Source of the DNA: Candidatus Poribacteria bacterium
GTDB taxonomy: Bacteria > Poribacteria > WGA-4E > WGA-3G
Reading direction: 5' to 3'
Assembly (NCBI GenBank): GCA_965215265.1
Contig: OZ244048.1
Coordinates: forward strand, 3,680,001 to 3,744,000
DNA: 64,000 nt
Positions 11,155 to 22,179 of this stretch are shown here, piece by piece. Every line of letters starts with the position of its first letter. Positions within the stretch are counted from its first letter, which is position 1. The notes below the pieces were generated by a model. That model was not told the origin of the DNA, did not search any database, and saw only the letters and a list, made by a program, of their open reading frames with translations. Made by a program: the position numbers and the translations under genes.

Positions 11155-12147
11155 TTAAGGAACCTTAATTTTCGCGAAGACTTGCTCAATGATTTCTTCT
11201 ACCTCTAACCCTTCTGCCTCCGCTTCGTAACTAATAATAACCCGATGTCTGAGTACATCCATACCGACAGCGTGGATATCTTCCGGGGTGACATAGCCAC
11301 GTTCAGAGAGAAACGCCTTCGCACGCGCTGCAAGTGCGAGGAAAATAGTAGCACGAGGCGATGCCCCGTATTCAATCAGTGCGCTCAATGCATCTAACTG
11401 ATATGCCTCTGGCGCTCGCGTCGCACAAATCAGATCTACGATATAGTTTTCCAATTGTTCCGCCATATAGATGTTACGCACTATCTCACGGAAGCGGATA
11501 ATATCTTCTGGGGAAATCACCCGCTGAATCTCCGGAATCTCTTCGGTTGTCATCCTTCTGAGAATTTCCAACTCTTCTGAATGTGAGGGATAGTGAACCT
11601 TAACTTTTAGCATAAATCTATCCATCTGTGCTTCTGGGAGTGGATAGGTGCCTTCTTGTTCGATCGGATTTTGGGTTGCTAAAACAAGAAACGGGTCGTC
11701 GAGCGGATAGGTAGTACCGCCAATCGTTACCTGTCGTTCCTGCATCGCTTCAAGCAGCGCGCTTTGCACTTTGGCAGGTGCCCGGTTTATTTCATCGGCG
11801 AGGATGACGTTAGCGAAAATAGGTCCCTTTTTAGTGTAAAAATCGCCTTGCCGCTGGTCATAAATGAGGGTACCGATCAGGTCTGCTGGCAGTAAATCCG
11901 GTGTGAATTGAATCCGATTGAAATTGGCATCAATTGTACGTGCTAACGCACTGACTGCTGTCGTCTTTGCAAGTCCTGGCACCCCTTCAAGTAGGATGTG
12001 CCCGTTGCAAAGCAACCCAATAATCAAGCCTTCAAGCAGCGCCCGTTGCCCAACAATAACTTTTCCTGTCTCTGTTAAGATTTGCTGTATGAGTCCACTG
12101 TCCTCTGTGATTCGAGCGTTCATCGCATCTAAATCGTATTGTTGCAT
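11155..12147 (-). CDS. MoxR family AAA+ ATPase
   Basis: EGVPGLAKT, RIQFTPDLLPAD, LADEINRAPAKVQSALLEAMQE and ATQNPIEQEGTYPLPEAQMDRF. Confidence 0.95.
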   Translation of the reverse strand: MQQYDLDAMNARITEDSGLIQQILTETGKVIVGQRALLEGLIIGLLCNGHILLEGVPGLAKTTAVSALARTIDANFNRIQFTPDLLPADLIGTLIYDQRQGDFYTKKGPIFANVILADEINRAPAKVQSALLEAMQERQVTIGGTTYPLDDPFLVLATQNPIEQEGTYPLPEAQMDRFMLKVKVHYPSHSEELEILRRMTTEEIPEIQRVISPEDIIRFREIVRNIYMAEQLENYIVDLICATRAPEAYQLDALSALIEYGASPRATIFLALAARAKAFLSERGYVTPEDIHAVGMDVLRHRVIISYEAEAEGLEVEEIIEQVFAKIKVP

Positions 12148-12159
12148 GTCTGGGTTCTT

Positions 12160-13512
12160 CTATGAAAAAAACGCCCGCGTTTCGCCTTCTTGAAATGACT
12201 GCTCAAGCCACGGATCTTCTGTTTTGACGCGAAAATGGATGAGTTTCTCGCGCATCGCCTTGACTTTTTCTTGTAGTTCCGGCGCGTTAATAAGGTTTCG
12301 CGATTCGGCCGGATCGTTTTGCATATCAAAAAGTGCCTCCCGATCCTGTTGAAGAAAATTCGCGCGCGGTCGTTGACCCAATTGCTGCACGTTGTCGTCT
12401 CTGACCGCTGTCCATGAAATGGAACGAAATAGGTCACTGGGCAGTGGTGTTTCTAGTTGATACGCCAGATTACGGACATATTTATACCGCCGTCCACGCA
12501 GCACTCGATACGGATAATAGTTTGTCACCTCATGGAAACAGTGGGAAAAGTAGGTTTCTTCCCACTCACCGGTCCCAGGGTGTGGACTGTCATCTTCAAG
12601 GATTGAGAGAAGGGAACGGCCGGGGAGTGCATGTAGACCATCAGGGTGTTCAACACCACACCAGTCGAGCATTGTCGGACAGAAATCGACCCAATTAACT
12701 AACGCTTGGTTCCTGAGTCCACGTTGCTGTTGAGAAGGACTCGCGATGATTAGGGGACAGTGATGCCCGCTGTCAAAACTTGAGGCTTTTGCACCCGGAA
12801 AAGGCATCGCGTGATCGGTTGTGACAAAGACAAGCGTTTCGTCAGCGCGACCGGAGGCATGTAGCGTGTCCAGAACCGAGCCGACAACCGCGTCCCAGCG
12901 TGAGATGCTTTCATAGTAGTCCGCTAGATCTTCGCGCACGGCAGGCACATCTGGTAGGAAGTTCGGGACAATCACCTCATCAGGGGCATAAGACATCGGC
13001 ACGATTCCAGGATGCTCCCGGTCGTTTCCGAAACCTTTACCGGCGCGATGCGGATAGGTGCTGCCGATATGCAGGTAGAAAGGCTTATCTGCGTTTTCGT
13101 TAAGGAATTGGTTAACCTTCGCTGCCATATCCACGGGGCTCCTGGGATTAACCTGCGGTTCAAAATCAAAAGGATACACACTGGCGGGCTCCACATGTTT
13201 CTTGCCGATACACGCTGTCGCGAACCCTCGCGATTTCAGAATCTTTGGAACGGATTGCATGTGTTCGTGCGTCCGGAATCCGTGGATACCGTGGCAGTGT
13301 CCGTATTGTCCATGCGTATGGCTATGTTGCCCGGTGAGGATGCAAGCCCGACTCACCGCGCACGACGGACTTGTGCAGAATGCATAATCAAAGACGACAC
13401 TGCGTCCGGCAAATGCATCGATGGATGGCGTTCGGATAACCTCATTTCCGTAGCACTTCGCGATACGGCTCCAGTCATCCGCGATAACAAACATAATGCT
13501 TTTATAACTCAT
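12160..13512 (-). CDS. sulfatase (sulfamidase/N-sulfoglucosamine sulfohydrolase-like)
   Basis: IADD, SPSCAVSRACILTG (Cys-type signature), GKKHV and TTDHAMPFPGAK. Confidence 0.9.
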   Translation of the reverse strand: MSYKSIMFVIADDWSRIAKCYGNEVIRTPSIDAFAGRSVVFDYAFCTSPSCAVSRACILTGQHSHTHGQYGHCHGIHGFRTHEHMQSVPKILKSRGFATACIGKKHVEPASVYPFDFEPQVNPRSPVDMAAKVNQFLNENADKPFYLHIGSTYPHRAGKGFGNDREHPGIVPMSYAPDEVIVPNFLPDVPAVREDLADYYESISRWDAVVGSVLDTLHASGRADETLVFVTTDHAMPFPGAKASSFDSGHHCPLIIASPSQQQRGLRNQALVNWVDFCPTMLDWCGVEHPDGLHALPGRSLLSILEDDSPHPGTGEWEETYFSHCFHEVTNYYPYRVLRGRRYKYVRNLAYQLETPLPSDLFRSISWTAVRDDNVQQLGQRPRANFLQQDREALFDMQNDPAESRNLINAPELQEKVKAMREKLIHFRVKTEDPWLEQSFQEGETRAFFS

Positions 13513-14174
13513 AATTTTCCTTGGGCGTATTGCACTTTATTTAGGATAAAATTGACGACTTCATCAACTGTTTTATGCGTTGTATCCACTACAATTGCAT
13601 CTTTGGCAGCTCGCAGAGGGCTATGTTCCCGCGAAATATCCTTCTCGTCGCGTGTGCGAATTGCTGCCTCTACGTCTGTGAGTGTAGTTTGCACGTGCTG
13701 TTTGTGGAATTCTGCAAGTCTTCGTCTTGCCCGTTCGGTAACGGAGGCATCTAGGTAGAATTTGAAGTCGGCGTTTGGGAAAACGATTGTTGTCAAATCC
13801 CGCCCTTCGGCAACGATGCTCCCTTCAGTCCCGATGCGTTGTTGGTGTTTAACAATTTCACGCCGTATTTCAGCGACTTTTGCAACATCAGCAACGAGTT
13901 TGTTAACTTCGGGTGTCCGGATTTGGGTAGAGACATCTTCGCCATCCAATAAAACCACTTTTCCGTTATCAGTGAATTCGATATAACACCGCTTTACAGT
14001 GTCAGTAAGTTGTGGTGAACCTGCAGGGTATTGATGCCGGATAGCAAGCACAGTGACAGCTCGGTACATTGCACCGGAATCGAGATAAAGGAAACCGAGT
14101 TTTTCCGCAACGCGTCGAGCAACCGTGCTTTTGCCAGAGCCGGCGGGGCCATCCATCGCAATCGTCGTATGCAT
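13509..14174 (-). CDS. cmk: cytidylate kinase
   Basis: IAMDGPAGSGKST, YLDSGAMYRA and EGRDLTTIVFP; start refined to ATG 14174. Confidence 0.95.
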   Translation of the reverse strand: MHTTIAMDGPAGSGKSTVARRVAEKLGFLYLDSGAMYRAVTVLAIRHQYPAGSPQLTDTVKRCYIEFTDNGKVVLLDGEDVSTQIRTPEVNKLVADVAKVAEIRREIVKHQQRIGTEGSIVAEGRDLTTIVFPNADFKFYLDASVTERARRRLAEFHKQHVQTTLTDVEAAIRTRDEKDISREHSPLRAAKDAIVVDTTHKTVDEVVNFILNKVQYAQGKL

Positions 14175-14299
14175 TATGCTGTAGTCCTTTTCATTTCCGA
14201 AAGTGATAAATTGGGTGAATCGAGGTAGAATGCACGATGGCATCCTGCCTATATGGATGCTGCCGTGCTAATCTCGTCAGTAACATTCTTTCCTATACA

Positions 14300-15193
14300 T
14301 TATAAGGGATCCCTAGACTTTTTTGCCGCCATGAGTACGCGCTCAATCTCAGCAGTGTTTTTGGTTTGGAGCAAGTCTTTAAATTCCATTAAATTATCAA
14401 CGATGTTATCAATCAATAACGAGAGCACCTCTCTGTTTTGCGCGAAGATCTGCGTCCACATCTCTGGAGAGCCTGCGGCGATACGGGTCGTATCCCGAAA
14501 GCCGGTCGCAGTGAAATCTAATGCTTTTCCGGCATCAGTTTCCAGGCCGGCCACGCTATTTGTCAGCACGCTGGCGATGAGATGGGGCAGGTGGCTTGCA
14601 GCCCCAATTAGCAAATCGTGCACTTCAGGCGAAAGGATATGCGGCACTGCACCTGTGAACTGCCATAGATTTTCAAGGAGCCTCAGCGCATGCGGAGGTG
14701 TATCTTCTGTCGGTGTGAGGATACACTTAGCATTTTCAAAGAGGTTGGCACGTGCAGCATTCACACCTGTTTCGTGTGAACCTGCCATCGGATGCCCACC
14801 CACAAAGATTATAGGATGTCCTTTTTGACGGCACAAACGTGCTTCAACGGCTTTAACCATTTCTGCTTTCGTGCTACCCACGTCAGTAATGACAATAGAA
14901 CGTTGCCGTGTCGCAGCAGTAGATTCGGCGATCCGTTGTACGAGCACCGGCACCTGTTCAACAGGTGTGCCGATGACCACGAGTTCGGCATTTCCAAGCC
15001 CTTCTTCAAAATGCGTTGTTATTGAATCGACTGCTCCTCGCTCGAGTGCTCGTTTGAGCGTGGAAAGCCGCCTACCAAGCCCAACGCGCTTCCCAGGAAA
15101 GCCGTTTGCTTGCAATGCAAGCCCAAGCGAACCTCCGATTAAGCCTACGCCCCATATTGTTATTTGATGAATCTGCAGTAGATTTGTAAACAT
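14300..15193 (-). CDS. tyrA: prephenate/arogenate dehydrogenase
   Basis: GVGLIGGS, TDVGSTK, GGHPMAGS, SHLPH and GFRDTTRIA. Confidence 0.92.
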   Translation of the reverse strand: MFTNLLQIHQITIWGVGLIGGSLGLALQANGFPGKRVGLGRRLSTLKRALERGAVDSITTHFEEGLGNAELVVIGTPVEQVPVLVQRIAESTAATRQRSIVITDVGSTKAEMVKAVEARLCRQKGHPIIFVGGHPMAGSHETGVNAARANLFENAKCILTPTEDTPPHALRLLENLWQFTGAVPHILSPEVHDLLIGAASHLPHLIASVLTNSVAGLETDAGKALDFTATGFRDTTRIAAGSPEMWTQIFAQNREVLSLLIDNIVDNLMEFKDLLQTKNTAEIERVLMAAKKSRDPL

Positions 15194-15638
15194 ATTGTCC
15201 GCAGGTCAAGTGGATAGCGTTTCTAAAGTTTACCAAGTGAGTGTATTTCAAAATATTTTAATGCAATTTATGCTTTTTGTCAAGTGATAAACGTGAAATA
15301 ACGTTGGGCTATTTGGTTTTATAAGTGTGTTAAAATGTCTAAAGTTAAGTGGGTTTCTGAGGAAGGGGCTGTGTATGAGTTGGCTGCAATAGGGAATTGC
15401 ATTTACAAGGAATATCTGTTCGTCGAGTTCTGGGGATAAGAAATGTCTAGCGCGACGAACGGCACAGTGGAAAGATAAAAACGATAACAGATTTCCGGAA
15501 ACCTATCTAAAGTTGAATAAAGTCTTTTTAAAGATACCTTAAATTGTAATGCATGTTAAGTTGTTTTGCAAAGATGAGGTGGTTTGGTTTACAAACCGGA
15601 TACGAGATGGGTTTTGTAAAAAGCCAGCTGTCCTGCTA

Positions 15639-18245
15639 TTACATTTGGGCTGCATTTTCTAACGCATCCTCAAGCGACTGCCGAAATTCGTTTTCATCTG
15701 CGTTGTTGTAGAACGGTACGCCGATTAAGCGATAATTTCTATCCTCTGTCAGGATTCTATTACTAAATTTCGCTCTGATTTCTTCCAAGAAGTCGGCTTT
15801 CCATTTGTCATGTGATTGCAAAAATGCCCCTTTCGGTTCGATGAAAAGTTGATAACTCAGCAGTGTATCGCTTTTGTTAGCATCATTTCCGGATTTTAAA
15901 CCGTTTTTCTCACGTAAGAACAAGACAAAGTCGGGTTGGAAAGTTTGCCCATCTGGAAAATTATGGATAGCAAAATGCCCTTCGTTGCGGAGCAGATAAA
16001 TATCCTCGTATCTTTCCTCTAATTGTGGGATGAGTCGATCTAACATCCGCACGAACGCCTTTTCTACACTGCTGCCGTAGAGGGTATTGAAGGCAAACCA
16101 GTCTCTGACGGAGACGAAGTGCTTGAACTGTACGTCCTCGTCGGCATTCGGGTTGTTAGGGTTGAATTTCAGACGCTTATCCGTGAAAATTGCCCGGACA
16201 GGTTGCTCCCCAAACGCTGTTGTGCCCTCGTATTCTGTGATTTGCTTTTGGATTTCTGCCTCAATTTGCTGCATCAGCCCACAACATGCTGCGAATTGTT
16301 CGTGACGATTTGATTCCAATGCATCGATATCGCCTTCAAAGGTGATTTCTAGGCTCCCTAAGTAGTGCTCTGATGTCATGAATTCGCGCATGGATGTTAG
16401 TTGTGGAAAATAGCGTTTGAGCGAGGCGAACGTGAAAAACGGATTCCTAGCAATCGCGGATTGAACGACGTTGCGTTCAATATCAGTTACCTTCATATCC
16501 CGTCGGTTCTCATTGTACACCACCGGTGTCATCCCGTTTTCCAATATGGTGGTCGTCCCGCCGGATCCGGTCGCCACGTTATGAACGTAGTTTTGTTTCT
16601 GCACACCTAAGTCCTCAAAAGATTGGATATGCCGGTGATCCTTCGGGACGCGTTTGTTGAGCCAGACGACACCGTATTTGTAAAAGTCGGTCTGCTTAAA
16701 CTGCTTTTTTAATTTGAGTTTTCGGGTTACAGTCCTCTCGTCTAACATGCCTTGTTCGACTAAGGCAGTGCGGATTTCAGAGATATAGCGCGAGTCGTTG
16801 ATACTGTGGTAGTGTAGTTCTTCCAAGACACGTAGTTCATTATCAAGGTCCCCGTCGAATTTACGTCGGAACCGGTCGGGTTGTTCTGGTAGGATAAACG
16901 GAAAATAACGTGCCCCACGTCCGATGAGCTGCGCCTCGGATGTCGTCGTTGAACCGATTTTACCTCGTCCGGAATCCCGTGTCTCATAACAACGGACAAT
17001 GTCAAATAGGTTCAGAACGTCCCAGCCTTCGTTGAGCTTCTGCACCGCAAAGATCGCCCGGATCGGATTGCTCGGCTCTTCAAGCGTATTCACCTGGATC
17101 TGATAGTTCTTTTTCTCCTTCTCATCATTGACTGAAAGACAGTGTGCTTCTTGAAATTCTTGTTTCAGACGTTGTGCTAACTGTTCCTCGGTGATATTAT
17201 TTTCAGCGAAGAATCGGAGTGCTTGTTCAACAATAGGAATGTTTGATCCACGGATACCGCAGATCTCTTGTGCCGTGAGACCGTCAATCAATTGATGAAA
17301 AGTCGCTTTGTTCTCTTGCGACTGTGCAATTGTGCGCTGTGCCTTGAACAGAATCACCGGTTTGAAGTTAATCCCGTAAGCTGCCGCCACCTCCTGTTTA
17401 TATTGGCTGAGAATGAGAGCCTGCAAGATGCGTTGGTTCAATTCAAAATCGGATTGAACAATTACCACGTCTTTTGAGAACCGATCGTTTCGGAAATTCA
17501 CCAAATCGTAGCGGGTAATAACCTTATTCCGATATTTCTCCACCATTGCTGACGTTTCGTAATCGTGCGTGGCGGTGAATTCCAACAGCAAATTATCTCT
17601 ATTGGAATTAAAGATTCGCTCCACCGTGCTTTCCCAATTGTCAAATAGCTCCTGCTGTGTCTTGGTCTTAACGTTCATATGATGTGCTTCATCCGCCAAG
17701 AGTACGATCCGTTTCTCTGCGAAATCCTCGTAGGTCAGTTTATTCTCCTTCTCCGTTGTCATATCGCCGTGGAGCTGCTGGATGGTTGTGAAGCAGATAT
17801 TGATCTCGTTTTCATTGACACCTTCAAAATTATCTACCTGTGTCACGGCAACGCGTCGTCCCGCAAAATAGATATTTTCGCTGAAAAGATATTTAGAGGA
17901 GAGCGGGTTGAGGAAGTTGTCCTTCGTCTTCTCAATGATATTGGTGGAATTGACGAAAAATAGGAAATTACGGTACCCTTTTTCATAGAGATAGAGGATT
18001 AGCCCTGCCATGATGAGCGTCTTACCACTGCCGGTCGCCATGTTGAACAGCAGGTGCAGCGGGTTCTCCTTGCCTGGGAAATCGGTATTGAGGCAGTGAA
18101 TAAACCTTGCAAACGCTTCTTCCTGATAGGGACGGAGTTCAAACACCGGATTCAGATTTTGCATGATGCTCTCCGGCATTTCCGGTTTGAGACCTCCGTA
18201 GTTGAATGTAATATCAAGTTTTTCATGAAGGAATTGGTTAGGCAT
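15639..18245 (-). CDS. res: type III restriction enzyme Res subunit (SF2 ATPase + PD-(D/E)xK nuclease)
   Basis: LRPYQ, MATGSGKT, DEAHH, FTAT, LNEGWDV, QLIGRGAR and C-terminal PDF...IEPKG; ATG 18245 overlaps the end of the upstream mod. Confidence 0.92.
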   Translation of the reverse strand: MPNQFLHEKLDITFNYGGLKPEMPESIMQNLNPVFELRPYQEEAFARFIHCLNTDFPGKENPLHLLFNMATGSGKTLIMAGLILYLYEKGYRNFLFFVNSTNIIEKTKDNFLNPLSSKYLFSENIYFAGRRVAVTQVDNFEGVNENEINICFTTIQQLHGDMTTEKENKLTYEDFAEKRIVLLADEAHHMNVKTKTQQELFDNWESTVERIFNSNRDNLLLEFTATHDYETSAMVEKYRNKVITRYDLVNFRNDRFSKDVVIVQSDFELNQRILQALILSQYKQEVAAAYGINFKPVILFKAQRTIAQSQENKATFHQLIDGLTAQEICGIRGSNIPIVEQALRFFAENNITEEQLAQRLKQEFQEAHCLSVNDEKEKKNYQIQVNTLEEPSNPIRAIFAVQKLNEGWDVLNLFDIVRCYETRDSGRGKIGSTTTSEAQLIGRGARYFPFILPEQPDRFRRKFDGDLDNELRVLEELHYHSINDSRYISEIRTALVEQGMLDERTVTRKLKLKKQFKQTDFYKYGVVWLNKRVPKDHRHIQSFEDLGVQKQNYVHNVATGSGGTTTILENGMTPVVYNENRRDMKVTDIERNVVQSAIARNPFFTFASLKRYFPQLTSMREFMTSEHYLGSLEITFEGDIDALESNRHEQFAACCGLMQQIEAEIQKQITEYEGTTAFGEQPVRAIFTDKRLKFNPNNPNADEDVQFKHFVSVRDWFAFNTLYGSSVEKAFVRMLDRLIPQLEERYEDIYLLRNEGHFAIHNFPDGQTFQPDFVLFLREKNGLKSGNDANKSDTLLSYQLFIEPKGAFLQSHDKWKADFLEEIRAKFSNRILTEDRNYRLIGVPFYNNADENEFRQSLEDALENAAQM

Positions 18246-20201
18246 CGTTATCTGCTCCATAAAATTCTCGGTTGAGTCCTTTATCTGTCTCACTAACCTC
18301 AAAATCCGCGTCGTCTATTTCGGAGAGGTTGAGATAGAGTTGATTCTTGTCCAGCAACGCCGCCAAGAGTTGCTGCTGCTTGTCCACATTATTGATGGCG
18401 ATGAAATCTCGCACTGCGGCTTCAGGCATTTGCGGATTGACATACCAATTCAAGAATGAGTTTTCGGCGATGTTTCGCCAGAGTTTGACAAGTTCTTCAG
18501 CGGATTGTGCCGCTTGAATCTGTTCCATAAACGCCTCGTTGTATGGCATTAACTCACACGAGAGGAAAGATGCTGGTGTTAACCCCTCCTGAGCCATCAC
18601 TTTCTCAATCCGCTCCTTGCAAACAGTGACATGTTCCTCTAATTGTTCAACAAGGATAAATTGCCGCTCTACCCCCCCCCTTCAGATTTGTTAAGTTCAA
18701 GCACGGCATGCCCTGTTGTGCCTGATCCGGCGAAAAAGTCTAAAACAATATCATTACTGCCGCGCTGGGTGATAATATCAATTGCATCTTTTACAGTGTG
18801 AATGGATTTAGGATAACTGAAGACTTTTTTGCCATCAAACATTCCTTTCAGTAGGATTGTCCCGTGTGCAGACGCATCATATTTTGAGTCAGTCCATATT
18901 GTTTTAGTTTTCCTGCCTTCTCGAATTCTATCCTTTATATACAGCGTCCATTTGCCCCTAGATTTCTTGCAGACTATTTCCCCTTTTGCCACAAGTTTCA
19001 GGAAAGAAGGCTTTGTTTGTCGCCATACTCGTTCTTTCCCAAGCGAATCTAATGGCAGAATTTTGACAAATCCTTCTTTTTCTTCCAACGAAAATTCATT
19101 TTCGCTTTCATTATAGTAAATCGGATAGAAAGAATTTGGTCTCTCTTCAGGAGTTGAATAGCCTCCACCTCTCCTAAAGGGCGAAAGGCGGTACCTGCTT
19201 ATCTCATCCTGATGGTTGAAATCAAGTTCTTGTTGTTCTGTCAATTTTATAAGGTTTGTTGATACGTTATCAATGGCCTTGGCGTAAAATAGTGCGTATT
19301 CGTGACAGGTTGCAAAGTGAGTGTTCGTTGTGCGACCACCTGGCTTACTTTGAATGACGATAGTCCCGATATGATTTTCTCTGCCAAAAGTGTCATCGCA
19401 GAGTAGTTTGAGATGTGCGTATTCATAATCATCTATGGTAGCGACTAGAACGCCTTTTTCTGATAGCAAGTCTTTTGAAATATCTAGCCGGTTCTTCATA
19501 AACGTCAACCAACTTGAATGATTGAAAGAATTGTTGTATCCAAAAATATTAGCATCCCCTTTCGTGTTATACGGTGGATCTATGTAAATCAACTTTATCT
19601 TCCCTCGGAACTGTTGTTTGAGGGAGTGAAGTGCAATCAGATTATTGCCCTTGATGATAAGGTTTTCTCGGATTATACCCTCTTCATCGCGTTTGATAGC
19701 GGACACCGGTTGTGTGCCGGCAGCCGTGTGGCGTTTCCAATTCGTTAGCACCTTCGCATCTAAGAGGCGGTTGATTTCATCGTCGGCAAGGATTTCATTG
19801 AAGAAAAGCTCCTGTCGTTTTTCCTCCTCGTGCGTCTGTCCCCCCTCCAAGACGCAATCCTTATAGGGCCATGCGAGTGCGACTTCGCCGCGTTCTCGTA
19901 GGAACTTGTCATCAACGGTTAATCCGATTCTGTTGCGGAATCTGGTGTAGGAGTCGCCAAAGAAGTTTTTGTCAGAGATGTAGGTAATGAAGGTGTTGTA
20001 ATTGAAAACATACCGCCCGTTGATGTCGTCAAAAAATTTTTCCGCTATCTCCTTATCTGTCATCAACAGAGCAATCAAGCCGTGGTCGAGTTGCCAGGCG
20101 CGGTTTCTGACGGCGGCGGGGATGAGTTCTTCGGCATCGTCAACAAAACGCCGGTCGGTTTTGAGGAGGTTAATCAGTTTTTGGTTGAAGTTTGATGGCA
20201 T
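18238..20201 (-). CDS. mod: type III R-M methyltransferase Mod copy C, out of frame at a G9 tract (candidate phase-OFF)
   Basis: NLIIKGNNL, IYIDPPYNT and DFFAGSGTT in 18669..20201; C-terminal part in 18238..18600; one extra G gives a 654-aa protein. Confidence 0.85.
18672..18680 (-). repeat. G9 homopolymer tract in mod C
   Basis: Nine C on the + strand; the coding strand reads GAA GGG GGG GGG TAG. Confidence 0.9.
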
Positions 20202-20221
20202 AGTCGTCTCTTTTTTGTCGG

Positions 20222-22159
20222 TTATGTATAAAATTTCTGGTTCAGTGCCTTATCTTCGTCGCTGACACCAAAATCCGCGTCGTCTATTTCGGAGAGGTTG
20301 ACATAGAGTTGATTCTTATCCAGCAATGCCGCCAAGAGTTGCTGCTGCTTGTCCACATCATTGATGGCGATAAAATCTCGCACTGCGGCTTCAGGCATTT
20401 GCGGATTGACATACCAATTCAAGAATGAGTTTTCGGCGATGTTTTGCCAGAGTGTGACAAGTTCTTCAGAGGATTGTGCACTTTGGATTTTGTTCATATA
20501 GGCTTGGTTGTATGGCATCAGTTCACAATAGATGAAGTTACCACCGCCTTGCCATTTGATGGATTTGGAGATACCCCCTTGTTCTCCGGCAATGACTTTT
20601 TTTAAGCGGGTGAGCGTCACCGTTTCGACATAATTCATTTGTTCAATACCGATGTACTGTCTACCCATTTTGTGTGCGACAGATGCAGTTGTGCCACTAC
20701 CTAAGTGAAAATCCAGCACGATGCTTCCTTCATCGGTACCGAGTTCAATAACACGTGCAATTAGATGTTCAGATTTCGGATAGTCAAATACTTTCTGGTC
20801 GAATAATGTTTTTATGTGCTCGGTTCCTCTTTCGTTTACGAATTCTTTTTCATCCCAAATACTTCGCTGTCGTTTTGAGTTACTCCTATATTTTTGGACG
20901 ATCATATACCCTTGATCTCTTTTCGCTTTCCCTTTTATCTCCGTGTTTAAGTTCTGGCGTGCTTTTTCCTGGCTCCATCTCCAAACCGTTTGGATGCCCT
21001 GCGATTTTAATGGCATCACTTCGATAAAACCTGGTTTTTCTTTCAAGGAAACTTCCAGCAAGCCATTGGCATCCATATTGGTTGGATTGATATAAAAAGG
21101 GTAACAGAGGTTTGGACGATTTTTAGCGTTAAATCGAACATTGCGATTTCTGAGCTCCATTAAGTTAAAACCGCCGAGTGTATCTTCATAGTCAAACGTT
21201 TTATCGTTTTCTTCTAATTGCTTCAGTTCGATTTGTTTGTTTTTTGAATAGATCAAAAGGTATTCGTGAGTCCTCGCAATACCACCGTAATCTCTACCAC
21301 TTCTATTTATTACAACGATAGAATTTGAGATAAAATTTCGGCTACCAAAAATCTCATCCATCAAAACTTTCAGATATGCTTGTTCGTTATCATCACACTG
21401 AACAAAAATTACTCCATCATTTCGCAATAATTTGATCGCTACTTCCAACCGATTTCTCATAAATGTGAGCCAACTGGAATGATTGAAACTATCATTATAA
21501 CCAAACGAATCATTTCCGGTGTTGTACGGCGGATCTATGTAAATTAATTTCACCTTGCCCCGGAATTGCTGTTTCAAACTATACAGTGCTAATAGGTTGT
21601 TGCCTTTGATGATAAGGTTTTCTCGGATTGTGCCCTCTTCATCGCGTTTGATGGCGGACACCGGTTGTGTGCCGGCAGCCGTGTGGCGTTTCCAATTCGT
21701 TAGCACCTTCGCATCTAAGAGGCGGTTGATTTCATCGTCGGCAAGAATTTCATTGAAGAAAAGTTCCTGTCGTTTTTCCTCCTCGTGCGTCTGTCCTCCC
21801 TCCAAGACGCAATCCTTATAGGGCCATGCGAGTGCGACTTCGCCACGCTCGCGCAGGAATTTGTCGTCAATAGTTAATCCGATTCTGTTTCGGAATCTTG
21901 TATAGGAGTCGCCAAAGAAGTTTTTGTCGGAGATATAGGTAATGAAGGTGTTGTAATTGAAAACATACCGCCCGTTGATGTCGTCAAAAAATTTTTCCGC
22001 TATCTCCTTATCTGTCATCAACAGAGCAATCAAGCCGTGGTCGAGTTGCCAGGCGTGATTTCTGACGGCGGCGGGGATGAGTTCCTCGGCATCGTCAACA
22101 AAACGCCGGTCGGTTTTGAGGAGGGCGATGAGTTTTTGGTTGAGGTTGGCTCTACGCAT
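20222..22159 (-). CDS. mod: type III R-M methyltransferase Mod copy B (intact)
   Basis: DPPY motif IV, YPKSE and DFHLGSGTT motif I; 645 aa, uninterrupted. Confidence 0.92.
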   Translation of the reverse strand: MRRANLNQKLIALLKTDRRFVDDAEELIPAAVRNHAWQLDHGLIALLMTDKEIAEKFFDDINGRYVFNYNTFITYISDKNFFGDSYTRFRNRIGLTIDDKFLRERGEVALAWPYKDCVLEGGQTHEEEKRQELFFNEILADDEINRLLDAKVLTNWKRHTAAGTQPVSAIKRDEEGTIRENLIIKGNNLLALYSLKQQFRGKVKLIYIDPPYNTGNDSFGYNDSFNHSSWLTFMRNRLEVAIKLLRNDGVIFVQCDDNEQAYLKVLMDEIFGSRNFISNSIVVINRSGRDYGGIARTHEYLLIYSKNKQIELKQLEENDKTFDYEDTLGGFNLMELRNRNVRFNAKNRPNLCYPFYINPTNMDANGLLEVSLKEKPGFIEVMPLKSQGIQTVWRWSQEKARQNLNTEIKGKAKRDQGYMIVQKYRSNSKRQRSIWDEKEFVNERGTEHIKTLFDQKVFDYPKSEHLIARVIELGTDEGSIVLDFHLGSGTTASVAHKMGRQYIGIEQMNYVETVTLTRLKKVIAGEQGGISKSIKWQGGGNFIYCELMPYNQAYMNKIQSAQSSEELVTLWQNIAENSFLNWYVNPQMPEAAVRDFIAINDVDKQQQLLAALLDKNQLYVNLSEIDDADFGVSDEDKALNQKFYT

Positions 22160-22179
22160 AGATTTTCCTTTTTTGTCGG